Below are positions 39,790-49,637 of a stretch of 64,000 bases of DNA, piece after piece. The notes beneath the pieces were generated by a model. It searched no databases and had not been told where the DNA came from. It worked only from the letters and a program-made list of their open reading frames with translations. How positions within the stretch are numbered: position 1 is the first letter of the stretch; every line of letters starts with the position of its first letter. The stretch spans positions 19,904 through 83,903 of the forward strand of contig JAHEIG010000001.1 in assembly GCA_024639515.1 (NCBI GenBank). Reading direction: 5' to 3'. The stretch comes from Rhodobiaceae bacterium (lineage in GTDB: Bacteria; Pseudomonadota; Alphaproteobacteria; RS24). The position numbers and the translations under genes are program-made.

Positions 39790-41337
39790 ATGGGCTTATT
39801 TCGTCTCATCAAATTACTACGCATGTTGCGGCTGTTGCTGGCCCAAGACGAGCTATTGCCAGATGGCTATCACAGCCGCGCCTCCTTTGGCACCAAAATG
39901 GCGCGGCGGGTTTTCACGCTGGGCGCGCGCCGCCAGCGCGACGATGATGAAAGCCCTTATTTGGCCGAATTTATCCGCCGCCTTGGCCCCAGCTATATCA
40001 AGCTCGGGCAGTTTCTCGCTACCCGCTCAGATATTATCGGCCCTGCTATGGCAGCCGATTTGGCGCATTTGCAAGACCGCCTGCCGCCATTTGATTTAGC
40101 CACGGTGGAGAAAATCCTCAGCGATGAATTGGGTGATTACCAAGCCTTGATGCAGGCGCCCGGCCCGGCTGTTGCAGCGGCCTCTATCGCGCAAGTGCAC
40201 CAAACCCATCGGCCTGGCGCACCGGATGACAAATTCGCCGTGAAAGTTTTGCGGCCACACATCGAGACGACGATTGCCAAAGAACTGGCCGTTTTCATGG
40301 CCCTAGCAAAATGGGGCGAGCGGCTGATGCCGAGCATTCGCCGTCTGCGCCCGGTCGCTGCGCTGGAGACACTGTCGCGCTCTATTCGCGGCGAAACCGA
40401 TTTACGCATGGAAGCCGCCGCGCTGTCTGAAATGGGCGCCAATATGGCCAATGACGCGGGCTTTTGTGTGCCGGAAGTGATATGGGAGGCCAGCACGCGG
40501 CGGATTTTGACGATGCGCTGGATTGACGGCCTTCCGGCCTCAGATCTCGACGCCCTGAAAGCGGCAAATCACGACCTACCCGCCTTGGCCCATCGTTTGA
40601 TCCAGACTTTCCTGACACAAGCCCTGCGCGATGGCTTCTTCCACGCCGACATGCACCAAGGCAATTTGATGATTCAAGCAGACGGCACGATTGTCGGCAT
40701 TGATTTGGGGATTACCGGCCGCCTCGACCATGACAGCCGTCGTTTCCTTGCCGATATTCTGCACGGCTTCATCACCCGCGATTATCAAAAAGTTGCCGCC
40801 GTGCATCTCGAAGCCGGTTATGTGCCGGCGCATCACGATGTTGGCGAATTTGCCCAAGCCTTGCGCGCCATTGGCGAGCCGATACGCGACCAAGACGCTG
40901 ACAATATCTCCATGGCCCGCCTGCTGACGCAATTATTCGACGTCACCGAGCAATTTGATATGGAAACCCAGCCGCAATTATTATTGCTGCAAAAAACCAT
41001 GGTCACCGTCGAAGGCGTGGCCCGCAGCCTCGACCCGAAACTGAATATCTGGGACGCCGCCGAACCGATTGTCGGCGACTGGCTGAAAAAACAATTAGGG
41101 CCGGAAGCGATTTTCAAAGACATGAAGCAAAACGCGGGCCGCACACTGCGCTCGCTACAACGCTTGCCCGATACGTTGGCGCAAGCCGAACGCGGTGCTG
41201 CGGCACTGGAAAACATGGCCAGCCAAATGGCCGAAGACGGCAGCCAAGGCAAAACCACCAGCGGACGGGTGACCAAAATCATCGCTTGGGTGGCGCTGGC
41301 GGTGGCGGCAGCGGCCACCGCGCTAAATTTCATGTAA
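39790..41337 (+). CDS. ubiB: Ubiquinone biosynthesis regulatory protein kinase UbiB (ABC1/ADCK family)
   Basis: GPSYIKLGQFLATRSD, AAASIAQVH, FHADMHQGNL and a C-terminal TM helix. Starts 3 nt after ubiE. Confidence 0.9.
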   Translation: MGLFRLIKLLRMLRLLLAQDELLPDGYHSRASFGTKMARRVFTLGARRQRDDDESPYLAEFIRRLGPSYIKLGQFLATRSDIIGPAMAADLAHLQDRLPPFDLATVEKILSDELGDYQALMQAPGPAVAAASIAQVHQTHRPGAPDDKFAVKVLRPHIETTIAKELAVFMALAKWGERLMPSIRRLRPVAALETLSRSIRGETDLRMEAAALSEMGANMANDAGFCVPEVIWEASTRRILTMRWIDGLPASDLDALKAANHDLPALAHRLIQTFLTQALRDGFFHADMHQGNLMIQADGTIVGIDLGITGRLDHDSRRFLADILHGFITRDYQKVAAVHLEAGYVPAHHDVGEFAQALRAIGEPIRDQDADNISMARLLTQLFDVTEQFDMETQPQLLLLQKTMVTVEGVARSLDPKLNIWDAAEPIVGDWLKKQLGPEAIFKDMKQNAGRTLRSLQRLPDTLAQAERGAAALENMASQMAEDGSQGKTTSGRVTKIIAWVALAVAAAATALNFM

Positions 41338-41360
41338 TTTCCTATTATTTACACAATTTT

Positions 41361-41390
41361 CTTGGAAAATTAGCCGCGCCGTGGCTATAG
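41361..41390 (+). promoter_or_regulatory. Promoter candidate for the coaBC-dut-rrf2-cysK-moeB string
   Basis: CTTGGA, an 18-nt spacer, CTATAG. 25 nt upstream of ATG 41416. Confidence 0.3.
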
Positions 41391-41415
41391 TGTCTCGTTA
41401 TCAAAACGGTGAGGG

Positions 41416-42678
41416 ATGATGAGCGAACCACGTGTTCTTCTGATTATTGGAGGCGGCATTGCGGCGTATAAAGCGCCGGAACTTGTGCGCCAATTAAAAG
41501 CTCAAGGCATTGCCAGCCGATGCCTGCTGACAGCGGCGGCTGAGCAATTCGTCTCGCCCTTATCGCTGGCCAGCGTGTCGGGCGATAAAGTATATGAAAA
41601 CCTGTTCGACCTGACCGATGAAGCCGAAATGGGGCACATCCAATTATCCCGCGATGCCGATTTGATTGTCGTCGCCCCCGCCACCGCCGATATGATTGGT
41701 AAAATGGCGCAAGGTCTGGCCAATGATTTGGCCAGCACAACATTGCTGGCCACCGACAAGCCGGTGATGATTGCCCCAGCGATGAATGTGCGCATGTGGG
41801 AGCATCCGGCAACACAGCGCAATCTCGATACATTGCGCGCTGACGGCGTCACGCTGATCGGCCCCGACGAGGGCGATATGGCGTGTGGTGAATTTGGCCT
41901 TGGTCGCATGTCCGACCCGGTCGAGATTGCCGCCGCCGCCAAACAGCTGATAGCCAAAGCACCGCGCGCCGACCTCAAGCCAGCCGTCGCGCCCGACACG
42001 CCCTTGACCGGACGCAAAATTCTCGTCACTGCTGGCCCGACCCATGAGCCAATTGATCCGGTGCGCTATATCGCCAATCGTTCATCCGGCAAGCAGGGTT
42101 ATGCGGTGGCCGAAGCCTTGGCCGCTTTGGGTGCCGATGTGCATCTGATCAGCGGGCCGACCGCCTTGAATGACCCGCGCGGGGTCACCACCACACGGGT
42201 TGAAACCGCCCGCGATATGCTGGCCGCGTGCCAACAGGCGCTGCCCGTCGATGCGGCGATTATGGCCGCTGCCGTGGCCGACTGGCGGCCCGAGCAGGCG
42301 CAAGACAGCAAAATCAAGAAAACCGAAGCCGGTTTGCAAGACATCAAACTGACCGAAAACCCCGATATTCTGGCGTCACTGGCCCAAGCCGATAGCAACC
42401 GGCCAGCGCTGGTGGTCGGCTTTGCCGCAGAGACCCATACGGTTGAAGCCCATGCCAATGACAAGCTGGCGCGCAAAAACTGCGACTGGATTGTCGCCAA
42501 TGATGTCAGCCTCAACAGCAGCGTCGAAGGCGGGGTGATGGGCGGCGATGAAAACCAAATTCATTTAATCAGCAAATCCGGCACGCAAAGCTGGGATAAA
42601 ATGCCAAAAACCGAAGTGGCGGCAAAGCTGGCCCATCAGGTGGCGGGGTTTTTCACTGACCATAAGGAGAGCCAATAA
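41416..42678 (+). CDS. coaBC: Bifunctional phosphopantothenoylcysteine decarboxylase / phosphopantothenate-cysteine ligase
   Basis: N-terminal flavoprotein domain (GGIAAYK, PAMN) and C-terminal CoaB domain (TAGPT.EPIDPVR.I.NRSSGK). 420 aa. Confidence 0.93.
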   Translation: MMSEPRVLLIIGGGIAAYKAPELVRQLKAQGIASRCLLTAAAEQFVSPLSLASVSGDKVYENLFDLTDEAEMGHIQLSRDADLIVVAPATADMIGKMAQGLANDLASTTLLATDKPVMIAPAMNVRMWEHPATQRNLDTLRADGVTLIGPDEGDMACGEFGLGRMSDPVEIAAAAKQLIAKAPRADLKPAVAPDTPLTGRKILVTAGPTHEPIDPVRYIANRSSGKQGYAVAEALAALGADVHLISGPTALNDPRGVTTTRVETARDMLAACQQALPVDAAIMAAAVADWRPEQAQDSKIKKTEAGLQDIKLTENPDILASLAQADSNRPALVVGFAAETHTVEAHANDKLARKNCDWIVANDVSLNSSVEGGVMGGDENQIHLISKSGTQSWDKMPKTEVAAKLAHQVAGFFTDHKESQ

Positions 42679-43145
42679 TGTCTGGCCCGACAATCGAAAT
42701 TAAACGCCTCGCACATGGCGAAGGCCTGCAACTGCCAGCCTATGAAACACCAGAAGCGGCGGGCATGGATTTGCGCGCCGCACTCGGCGAAGACGAGACC
42801 GTGACCCTGAAGCCGGGCCAAAGCGCCATGGTGCCAACCGGCCTGTCAATGGCCATACCGATGGGATTTGAGGCGCAAATCCGGCCACGTTCTGGCTTGG
42901 CCGCGAAAAATGGCGTCACTGTATTGAACACACCGGGCACGATTGATAGCGATTATCGCGGCGAGCTGAAAATTATTCTGATCAATCTCGGGCAGGAAGA
43001 TTTCGACATCACCCGCGACATGCGCATTGCCCAGATGATTATCGCACCGGTGGTGCAAGCCCAGTTAATCGAAACCGATACGCTGTCCGACACATTGCGC
43101 GGCACTGGCGGCTTTGGCTCAACCGGCACGGATGCGAAAGGATAA
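42678..43145 (+). CDS. dut: dUTP diphosphatase
   Basis: [24 protein letters not shown] and a C-terminal [10 protein letters not shown]. The ATG overlaps the coaBC stop (TAATG). Confidence 0.95.
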   Translation: MSGPTIEIKRLAHGEGLQLPAYETPEAAGMDLRAALGEDETVTLKPGQSAMVPTGLSMAIPMGFEAQIRPRSGLAAKNGVTVLNTPGTIDSDYRGELKIILINLGQEDFDITRDMRIAQMIIAPVVQAQLIETDTLSDTLRGTGGFGSTGTDAKG

Positions 43146-43149
43146 GCAG

Positions 43150-43605
43150 ATGATTAGTCTCTCGCGCAAATCTCTACTCGCCCTTGAAGCGGTTGTCGAT
43201 GTCGCCATTCACGCCCGCCCCGATCCAGTGCAAGCGCGCGAAATTACCAAACGCCAAGGCGTGCCCTTGCGCTATCTCGAACAAGTCATGCAAGCCCTGG
43301 TGCGGGCCAATATTCTGCGCGGTGTGCGCGGCCCGCGTGGGGGCTATCGTCTGGCCCGTGAACGCCGTCGCATCACCGTGCTCGACATCATCAATGTGAT
43401 TGACGCTTTTGAGGCCCAAGAAGCCGGCCCGCCATCGCAATCACCAATTAGCCAACAAGTGATTGAGCCATTGCGTCAGCGTTTGCTGCACGCCATCGAA
43501 AAAGAAACCGGCAATATGACCATCGCCGATTTATGCGCCATGGCCGAACAAGCCGCCGCCGAAACCCCGGCGGCAGCCGACACCAACCCCGATTTCACCA
43601 TTTAA
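43150..43605 (+). CDS. Rrf2 family transcriptional regulator lacking the 3-Cys cluster ligands (CymR-like)
   Basis: N-terminal winged helix (SRKSLLALEAVVDVA...ITKRQGVPLRYLEQVMQAL). Only one Cys in the protein. ATG 43150 lies 4 nt after the dut stop. Confidence 0.8.
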   Translation: MISLSRKSLLALEAVVDVAIHARPDPVQAREITKRQGVPLRYLEQVMQALVRANILRGVRGPRGGYRLARERRRITVLDIINVIDAFEAQEAGPPSQSPISQQVIEPLRQRLLHAIEKETGNMTIADLCAMAEQAAAETPAAADTNPDFTI

Positions 43606-43617
43606 CAGGAGTGGAAG

Positions 43618-44589
43618 ATGAAAACCGAAAACCCAGAAAACAAAAAACCAGGCCGTGGCCGCATCTACACATCAATCACCCAAACCATTGGTGACACGCC
43701 GATTGTCCGGCTGGATAATCTGATGAAAGAATATGGCGTACGCAGCACATTGCTGGCCAAGCTGGAATTCTTTAACCCGATTGCCAGCGTCAAAGACCGT
43801 ATCGGCGTGGCCATGGTCGAAGCCTTGGAAGCGGAAGGCAAGCTGAACACCAACACCGTGCTGGTCGAGCCGACATCGGGCAATACCGGTATCGCGCTGG
43901 CTTTTGCCTGCGCTGCTAAAGGCTACCGGCTGATTTTGTGCATGCCAGTGAGCATGTCGATGGAACGGCGCAAAATGCTGTTGCTGCTCGGCGCTGAATT
44001 GGAGTTGACCCCAGCCGACCAAGGCATGAAGGGCGCCATTGGACGGGCCGAAGAATTGCTCGCCGAAAACCCAGACTGGGTGATGCCGCAGCAATTTAAC
44101 AATCCGGCCAACCCGCAAATCCACCGCGAGACAACGGCTGAAGAAATCTGGAACGACACAGATGGCGAAGTCGACGCGATTATTTCTGGCGTCGGCACAG
44201 GCGGCACCTTTACCGGTCTCGGCAGTGTGCTGAAAGCCCGTAAGCCAGAGCTGAAAATGATTGCTGTCGAGCCTGAAGACAGCCCGATTCTGTCGGGTGG
44301 TGCGCCTGGCCCGCATAAAATCCAAGGCATTGGCGCCGGTTTTATTCCCGGCAATATGGAACAAAATCTGGTCGACGAAGTGGTCACTATTGGCAATGAA
44401 ACAGCCTTTGAAACGGCGCGGCTTCTGGCCCGCCTCGAAGGTGTGCCGGGTGGCATCAGCTCAGGCGCGGCGATTGCCGCAGCGCTTGAAGTAAGCCGCC
44501 GCGAGGAAATGGCCAGAAAAAATATTGTGATTATTCTGCCGAGCTTCTCTGAGCGTTATTTGTCGACCGCTTTGTTTGAAGGTCTATAG
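43618..44589 (+). CDS. cysK: Cysteine synthase A (O-acetylserine sulfhydrylase)
   Basis: [17 protein letters not shown] (PLP lysine), [10 protein letters not shown] and GVGTGGT motifs. Confidence 0.92.
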   Translation: MKTENPENKKPGRGRIYTSITQTIGDTPIVRLDNLMKEYGVRSTLLAKLEFFNPIASVKDRIGVAMVEALEAEGKLNTNTVLVEPTSGNTGIALAFACAAKGYRLILCMPVSMSMERRKMLLLLGAELELTPADQGMKGAIGRAEELLAENPDWVMPQQFNNPANPQIHRETTAEEIWNDTDGEVDAIISGVGTGGTFTGLGSVLKARKPELKMIAVEPEDSPILSGGAPGPHKIQGIGAGFIPGNMEQNLVDEVVTIGNETAFETARLLARLEGVPGGISSGAAIAAALEVSRREEMARKNIVIILPSFSERYLSTALFEGL

Positions 44590-44606
44590 GCCAGCGGGTC
44601 TGCTGC

Positions 44607-45374
44607 ATGTCATTAAGCGATGACCAGATAGAGCGCTACCAACGCCACATCCTGCTGAAGGAAATTGGCGGCGCCGGACAACAGAAACTGGCGCAAGCTC
44701 GGGTTCTGCTGGTCGGCATGGGCGGCTTGGGCAATCCGGCGGCGCAATATCTCGCCGCCGCCGGTGTCGGCACGCTGGGGCTGGCCGATGACGATGTGGT
44801 GAGCCTGTCTAATCTGCAACGCCAAACCTTGTTCGGCACAGACGACATCGACCAACCGAAAGTGGCGGTTGCGGCGCGGGCCTTGCTCAACATCAACCCG
44901 CATATCGCGCTCAACACCCACGCCTACCGCGTCACGGCTGACAATATTGACGGCTTATTGGCGGACTATGATGTAGTGGTTGATGGCAGCGATAATTTCG
45001 CCTCGCGTTTTTTGCTCAATGACCATTGCTTCGCCCAGCGCAAAACGCTGATTAGCGGCGCGGTGGGCCGGTTTGACGGGCAAGTGACCTGTTTTAAGCC
45101 ATGGCTGACAGATGCCGACGGCACCCCCTTGCCGTGTTATCGATCCTTGGTGCCGGAAGCCCCTGAGATAGAAGAAGATTGCGCCACCACCGGTATTATC
45201 GGTGCGCTGACCGGGGTGATTGGCAGTCTCATGGCGGTGGAAGTGATTAAAGAAATCACCGGCGCTGGGGACAGTCTGGCCGGTCGGCTGCTGATCTATG
45301 ATGGCCTGAGGGCAAGCATGCGGACGGTGAAACTCAACTGGGATCCGCGCAACCCGAATAATGGCCGGGCTTAA
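44607..45374 (+). CDS. moeB: HesA/MoeB/ThiF family adenylyltransferase (MoeB-like)
   Basis: RYQRHILLKEIGGAGQQKL, GMGGLGNPAAQYLAAAGVG, NLQRQ and PCYRSL...C motifs. Confidence 0.8.
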   Translation: MSLSDDQIERYQRHILLKEIGGAGQQKLAQARVLLVGMGGLGNPAAQYLAAAGVGTLGLADDDVVSLSNLQRQTLFGTDDIDQPKVAVAARALLNINPHIALNTHAYRVTADNIDGLLADYDVVVDGSDNFASRFLLNDHCFAQRKTLISGAVGRFDGQVTCFKPWLTDADGTPLPCYRSLVPEAPEIEEDCATTGIIGALTGVIGSLMAVEVIKEITGAGDSLAGRLLIYDGLRASMRTVKLNWDPRNPNNGRA

Positions 45375-46366
45375 TCAAGCGCCGCGCTGGGCAAGACGCG
45401 ATCCGGCGGGCGGTGCCCATCAGCCCATGAGCGAATATTGATAATCACCTTCTCACCCATGCCCTGACGCCCCTCCATAGTGGCGGACGACATATGCGGC
45501 AGCAAAATCACATTATCAAAATCACGCAAACGCGGATTGAAAGCCGGTTCGCGCTCAAACACATCAAGCGCCGCGCCGCCAAGTTTTCCAGCGGCTAATT
45601 GGTCGGCCAGCGCGTCTTCATCAATCACTTCGCCGCGACTGGTATTGACGACAATGGCGTGCGGTTGCAGCAAAGCCAGGCGGCGGGCTGACAGCAAATG
45701 ATAAGTCGCCGGTGTGTGCGGGCAGTTCAGCGAGACAATATCCATACTGCGCAACATGCGGTCGAGATTGTCGATATAGGTGGCGTCAACCGAGGCCTCA
45801 ATGTCAGCGTGGAGGCGACTGCGGTTATGGTAGAAAACCTCTACGCCAAATGCGCGTGCGCGCCGCGCCACGGCTTGGCCAATCCGCCCCATGCCAATAA
45901 TGCCGAGCTTCTTGCCGGCCAGACGTCGCCCCAACATCCAGTTCGGCGACCAGCCGGTAAACGCCCCTTCTTGGCGCATAATCCGGTCGCCCTCAACCAA
46001 GCGGCGGGGCAGGGCCAAAATTAGCGCCATGATCATATCGGCGGTGTCATCGGTCAGCACAGAGGGTGTATTGGTGACAATAATGCCGCGCTCATGCGCC
46101 GCGTCGATGTCGATATTATCCGTGCCATTGCCGAAATTGGCGATCAGTTTCAACTGCGCGCCAGCCCCTTCAATCAGGCGTCGGTCAATGCGGTCGGTAA
46201 TGGTTGGCACCAGCACGTCATTATTGGCCATCATCGCCGCCAGACCCTCAGCCGCGAGCGCGCGGTCGTGCTCGTTCCACGTCACATCGAAAAGCTCAGA
46301 CATGCGCAATTCAATTTCGCTGGGCAAGCGCCGTGTCACAGCTACGCGGGTTTGGTTATGGGCCAT
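45371..46366 (-). CDS. D-isomer-specific 2-hydroxyacid dehydrogenase (glyoxylate/hydroxypyruvate reductase-like)
   Basis: GIIGMGRIGQAVARRA NAD motif, and RG..ID/H catalytic residues (TSRGEVIDEDAL, LPHMSS). Start taken at ATG 46366. Its stop overlaps the moeB stop (TTAA). Confidence 0.85.
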   Translation of the reverse strand: MAHNQTRVAVTRRLPSEIELRMSELFDVTWNEHDRALAAEGLAAMMANNDVLVPTITDRIDRRLIEGAGAQLKLIANFGNGTDNIDIDAAHERGIIVTNTPSVLTDDTADMIMALILALPRRLVEGDRIMRQEGAFTGWSPNWMLGRRLAGKKLGIIGMGRIGQAVARRARAFGVEVFYHNRSRLHADIEASVDATYIDNLDRMLRSMDIVSLNCPHTPATYHLLSARRLALLQPHAIVVNTSRGEVIDEDALADQLAAGKLGGAALDVFEREPAFNPRLRDFDNVILLPHMSSATMEGRQGMGEKVIINIRSWADGHRPPDRVLPSAALD

Positions 46367-46460
46367 AAGCATCCTTTGATTAGCTTTCAATCTATCAGAT
46401 TGGCGGCCAATTCTCTAGCTTGGACTTGCTGAGGGCGGCGCAAATTTGTATCAAAGAAGC

Positions 46461-47012
46461 ATGAGTGTTTTTATCCGCGCCTGTTTATGTGCTGTCGTGT
46501 TGCTGGGCCTTGGTGGGTTAATCGCCGAGCCACCAAGCCGCGCCGCCAGTGCCACACCAGATCAACTGGCCGACACCCGCCAACGCGGCAAAAGTGGGCT
46601 ATTGCTGCCGCGCTTTGTCTCGATCAATCAAAACCTCGCCAATGTGCGCCGTGGCCCGGGCAAAGAATACCCACTGCTGTGGCAATATCAGCGCAGTGGC
46701 ATCCCGCTGGAAATCATTGCCGAATATGGCGACTGGCGCCACATCCGCGATTATGACGGCAGCGAGGGCTGGATGCACAAACGCCTCTTGCGCGGGCCGC
46801 GTATGGTCAAACTGCGCGGCACCGACACCAGCCTCGCCCTGCGCAGTCAAGCAAAGCCCGAGGCCGGCGTGTTAGCCCGCGTGCAGGCTGGCAGTTTTGC
46901 CCGCCTCGACGCATGTCAGATTGGCTGGTGCCGACTGCAGATTGGTCAGCATACAGGTTGGATGCGCCGCCCCGATATTTGGGGGGTCTATGATTTTGAG
47001 TTTAACCAGTAA
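46461..47012 (+). CDS. SH3-like domain protein (COG3807/DUF1058-like), secreted
   Basis: Signal peptide, then two SH3b-like segments (ANVRRGPGKEYPLLWQYQRSGIPLEIIAEYGDWRHIRDYDGSEGWMH). Confidence 0.6.
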   Translation: MSVFIRACLCAVVLLGLGGLIAEPPSRAASATPDQLADTRQRGKSGLLLPRFVSINQNLANVRRGPGKEYPLLWQYQRSGIPLEIIAEYGDWRHIRDYDGSEGWMHKRLLRGPRMVKLRGTDTSLALRSQAKPEAGVLARVQAGSFARLDACQIGWCRLQIGQHTGWMRRPDIWGVYDFEFNQ

Positions 47013-47019
47013 GCCGCGC

Positions 47020-47613
47020 TTAGGCGTCGAAATCAGCAGATAGAGAGGCTTTGCTCTCGGCCGTCAGTACCGTCATATGCGCATAATTCTCATGCTCAAA
47101 GCCCAACACGATTTGCGTATCCGGCGCACCGAATTTAGCAATCAGCTCGGCTGGGAATGGGAAATGCAGAAAATGTACAGATGAGGTTTTGCCGTCCGGC
47201 GCGGTGCGTTCGACTTCCTGCTCTGGCTTGGCGAATACTTTGTCATCGCCAAGCTGCACGTAAGCCGTTAGTTCGACATCGGTCAGCTGGCGCAGAACCT
47301 GCCCGCGACGCACTTCATCGTTGATTTCAAACATCAGCGTGGCGGTCAGTTCTTGGCCTTGCGGGATCATTGGGTTATAGGCTTGCAGCTCGTCTTCGAC
47401 CTGCTCGTCGCCGCCTTTTTCGATATACAGCATTTCAAGAACCTGCTGTTTCATCGTCGCATAGTTTTCGAAATAGAACGTCGCATCGGGGCCAACGGCG
47501 ATCCGGCGCGGCTTTTTCAAGGCGACATTGGCACGGCGCAATTCATCACGCACGGCGGCATATTCGTCGAGCGACATCAAGTCATTTTTGGTCAGGGTTT
47601 TGGGAGTTGTCAT
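47020..47613 (-). CDS. DUF3501 family protein
   Basis: 197 aa. The pattern (FYFENYATMKQQVLEMLYIEK, AYNPMIPQG.ELTATLMFE, SSVHFLHF) matches my recollection of DUF3501. Last gene of the rubrerythrin operon. Confidence 0.6.
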   Translation of the reverse strand: MTTPKTLTKNDLMSLDEYAAVRDELRRANVALKKPRRIAVGPDATFYFENYATMKQQVLEMLYIEKGGDEQVEDELQAYNPMIPQGQELTATLMFEINDEVRRGQVLRQLTDVELTAYVQLGDDKVFAKPEQEVERTAPDGKTSSVHFLHFPFPAELIAKFGAPDTQIVLGFEHENYAHMTVLTAESKASLSADFDA

Positions 47614-47639
47614 TAATTTTTTCCTAGAACAAATTGGGT

Positions 47640-48998
47640 CTAAACAAGTTGATAGGCGCGTGCGAAGACCTCAATCGGGTGCTTCGCTTCCGGAGGGGTG
47701 TTCTCGTTAATATCTTCGACCAGCTGGACCAGATGTTTGGCCGCCAGCGGGCAGTCTGAGCACACTGTGTCAGGCTCGCTTTTGGCCACCGTGCGGGCCG
47801 CCGGCTTGCCGACTTTTACCGCCAGCGGGCGGGTTTCTTTCATCACCCCAAACGTGCCGCCATGGCCCGAGCAACGCTCAACCACAGAAACTTTAGCTTC
47901 AGGGATGAGGCGCAGTAGTTCAGCCGATTTCGGGCCGACATTTTGCGCCCGCGCGTGGCACGCCAAATGCATGGCGATGTTTTCAGTGCCGCTATCAAGG
48001 GCGGCGAGACCGTCGGTCAGACCTTCCTTATTGGCGATGCTGACGACATATTCAGAGATGTCACGGGTCGCCGCACTCAACGCTTTGACGTCTTCATTGT
48101 CTGGCACAATCAGCGGCCATTCGAATTTGAACATCAGGCCACAGCTGGCGGTGAGGGCGATAATATCTTTGCCAGCAATGACCAGTGGACGCAGCGCGGC
48201 GGCGACTTTCTCAGCCTGCTCGGCGACCTTGGCCAGATTGCCCTGCTCGAGAAACGGCATACCGCAACAGCCAGGATATTCGGTGGTCACGTCGACGCCG
48301 AGATGGGCCAACACTTTGGCCGCGGCTTCGCCGACTTGCGGGTTGTTATAATTCACCGCACATGTGGCGAATAACACCGCTTCGCGGCCCTTGGCCGGGC
48401 CGTTTGGATTGGCTGTGTACTCGCCGCGCGAAACCGCTTCGGCGGCCCGCTTGACGAAGGTCTTACCGGCAAATTTCGGCAGCTCGGCCTGCCGGTCGAT
48501 ACCAGCAACGGCTTCCAAAGCCGGTCGCGTCAGCGCATTGCCTTTTTTCGAGCCCCAATTGGCCAGCGGCGCAACAGGTGCCAAGGCGGTGCCATTGCGA
48601 TCCATTTGGGCCAGTTGGTTTTGAACGAATGGCACTTTGCCTGTTTCCTTCAATTCGACGGCGCGGTAGCGCAGCATCAAATGCGGAAAATCGAGATTAA
48701 ATTCATGTGGCGGCACATAAGGGCATTTGGTCATGAAGCACATGTCACACATGGTGCAGGCGTCAATGATCGGAGAGAAATCTTTGCTGTCGACCGTGTC
48801 TAATTCGCCGCTTTCGCTATCGTCGATGAGATCAAACAAGCGCGGGAAGCTGTCGCACAGATTGAAGCAACGGCGGCAGCCGTGGCAAATGTCAAATTGA
48901 CGACGGAGCTCGTCATCCAGCGCGGCGCGGTCGTAAAATTCTTCGCTGTGCCAGTCAAGCGGGTGGCGCGTCGGCGCGTCGATACTGCCTTCTCTCAT
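47640..48998 (-). CDS. Heterodisulfide-reductase-D-like (GlpC/GlcF-like) Fe-S protein with CCG domains
   Basis: Two ferredoxin-type motifs (CHGCRRCFNLCDSFP and CTMCDMCFMTKCPYVPP), a CCG motif (EYPGCCGMP) and a second Cys-rich domain (CHARAQ...ERCSGHGG). ATG 48998 follows GGAGAG. Confidence 0.8.
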   Translation of the reverse strand: MREGSIDAPTRHPLDWHSEEFYDRAALDDELRRQFDICHGCRRCFNLCDSFPRLFDLIDDSESGELDTVDSKDFSPIIDACTMCDMCFMTKCPYVPPHEFNLDFPHLMLRYRAVELKETGKVPFVQNQLAQMDRNGTALAPVAPLANWGSKKGNALTRPALEAVAGIDRQAELPKFAGKTFVKRAAEAVSRGEYTANPNGPAKGREAVLFATCAVNYNNPQVGEAAAKVLAHLGVDVTTEYPGCCGMPFLEQGNLAKVAEQAEKVAAALRPLVIAGKDIIALTASCGLMFKFEWPLIVPDNEDVKALSAATRDISEYVVSIANKEGLTDGLAALDSGTENIAMHLACHARAQNVGPKSAELLRLIPEAKVSVVERCSGHGGTFGVMKETRPLAVKVGKPAARTVAKSEPDTVCSDCPLAAKHLVQLVEDINENTPPEAKHPIEVFARAYQLV

Positions 48999-49079
48999 CA
49001 AAACTCTCCAAACTAGATGATAAAGATATTTCCGACGCGCCGCAGACAAGGCCGCGACACGCCGGAAAAATCAAATGAC

Positions 49080-49496
49080 TTATTCCATTGAATCCAGAGC
49101 TTTCTGGAAACGACCTGCGTGAGACTTTTCAGCCTTGGCAAGGGTTTCGAACCAGTCAGCAATTTCATCAAAGCCTTCTTCGCGGGCGGTACGCGCCATA
49201 CCCGGATACATATCCGTGTATTCGTGTGTTTCGCCTGCGATGGCGGCTTTCAGGTTTTCATCGGTTGAACCAATTGGCTCACCAGTCGCTGGATCACCAA
49301 CTTCTTCCATGAATTCCAAATGGCCGTGCGCGTGGCCGGTTTCGCCTTCCGCTGTTGAGCGGAATACGGTGGCAACATCGTTGTAGCCTTCAATATCGGC
49401 TTTTTGCGCGAAATACAGGTAACGACGATTGGCTTGGCTTTCACCAGCAAAGGCCGCCTTCAGGTTTTCAATGGTTTTTGAGTCTGCGAGTGACAT
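49080..49496 (-). CDS. Rubrerythrin-family diiron protein without a rubredoxin domain
   Basis: 138 aa. [25 protein letters not shown] and AEKSHAGRF give the E / ExxH x2 diiron pattern. No CxxC pairs. GGGAGAGG RBS before ATG 49496. Confidence 0.85.
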   Translation of the reverse strand: MSLADSKTIENLKAAFAGESQANRRYLYFAQKADIEGYNDVATVFRSTAEGETGHAHGHLEFMEEVGDPATGEPIGSTDENLKAAIAGETHEYTDMYPGMARTAREEGFDEIADWFETLAKAEKSHAGRFQKALDSME

Positions 49497-49581
49497 AAGA
49501 CCTCTCCCAAATTGAGTGTTAAAAGACAGCCAAGAACCGCTTGGTTCTGGGCTCACCGGAAAGGTTTTTCCGACTGAAATT

Positions 49582-49611
49582 AAAATAGGTCGGCCCCTAG
49601 GGCGTGTCAAG
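49582..49611 (-). promoter_or_regulatory. Promoter candidate for the rubrerythrin operon
   Basis: On the minus strand: CTTGAC, an 18-nt spacer, TATTTT. About 85 nt upstream of ATG 49496 and 4 nt downstream of the ICE palindrome. Confidence 0.45.
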
Positions 49612-49615
49612 GTTT

Positions 49616-49632
49616 CTTAGAATAATTCTAAA
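49616..49632. promoter_or_regulatory. Iron control element (Irr box)
   Basis: CTTAGAATAATTCTAAA matches the ICE consensus TTTAGAA-N3-TTCTAAA at 16 of 17 positions. Lies between the irr stop and the rubrerythrin promoter. Confidence 0.6.
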
Positions 49633-49637
49633 ATAAA

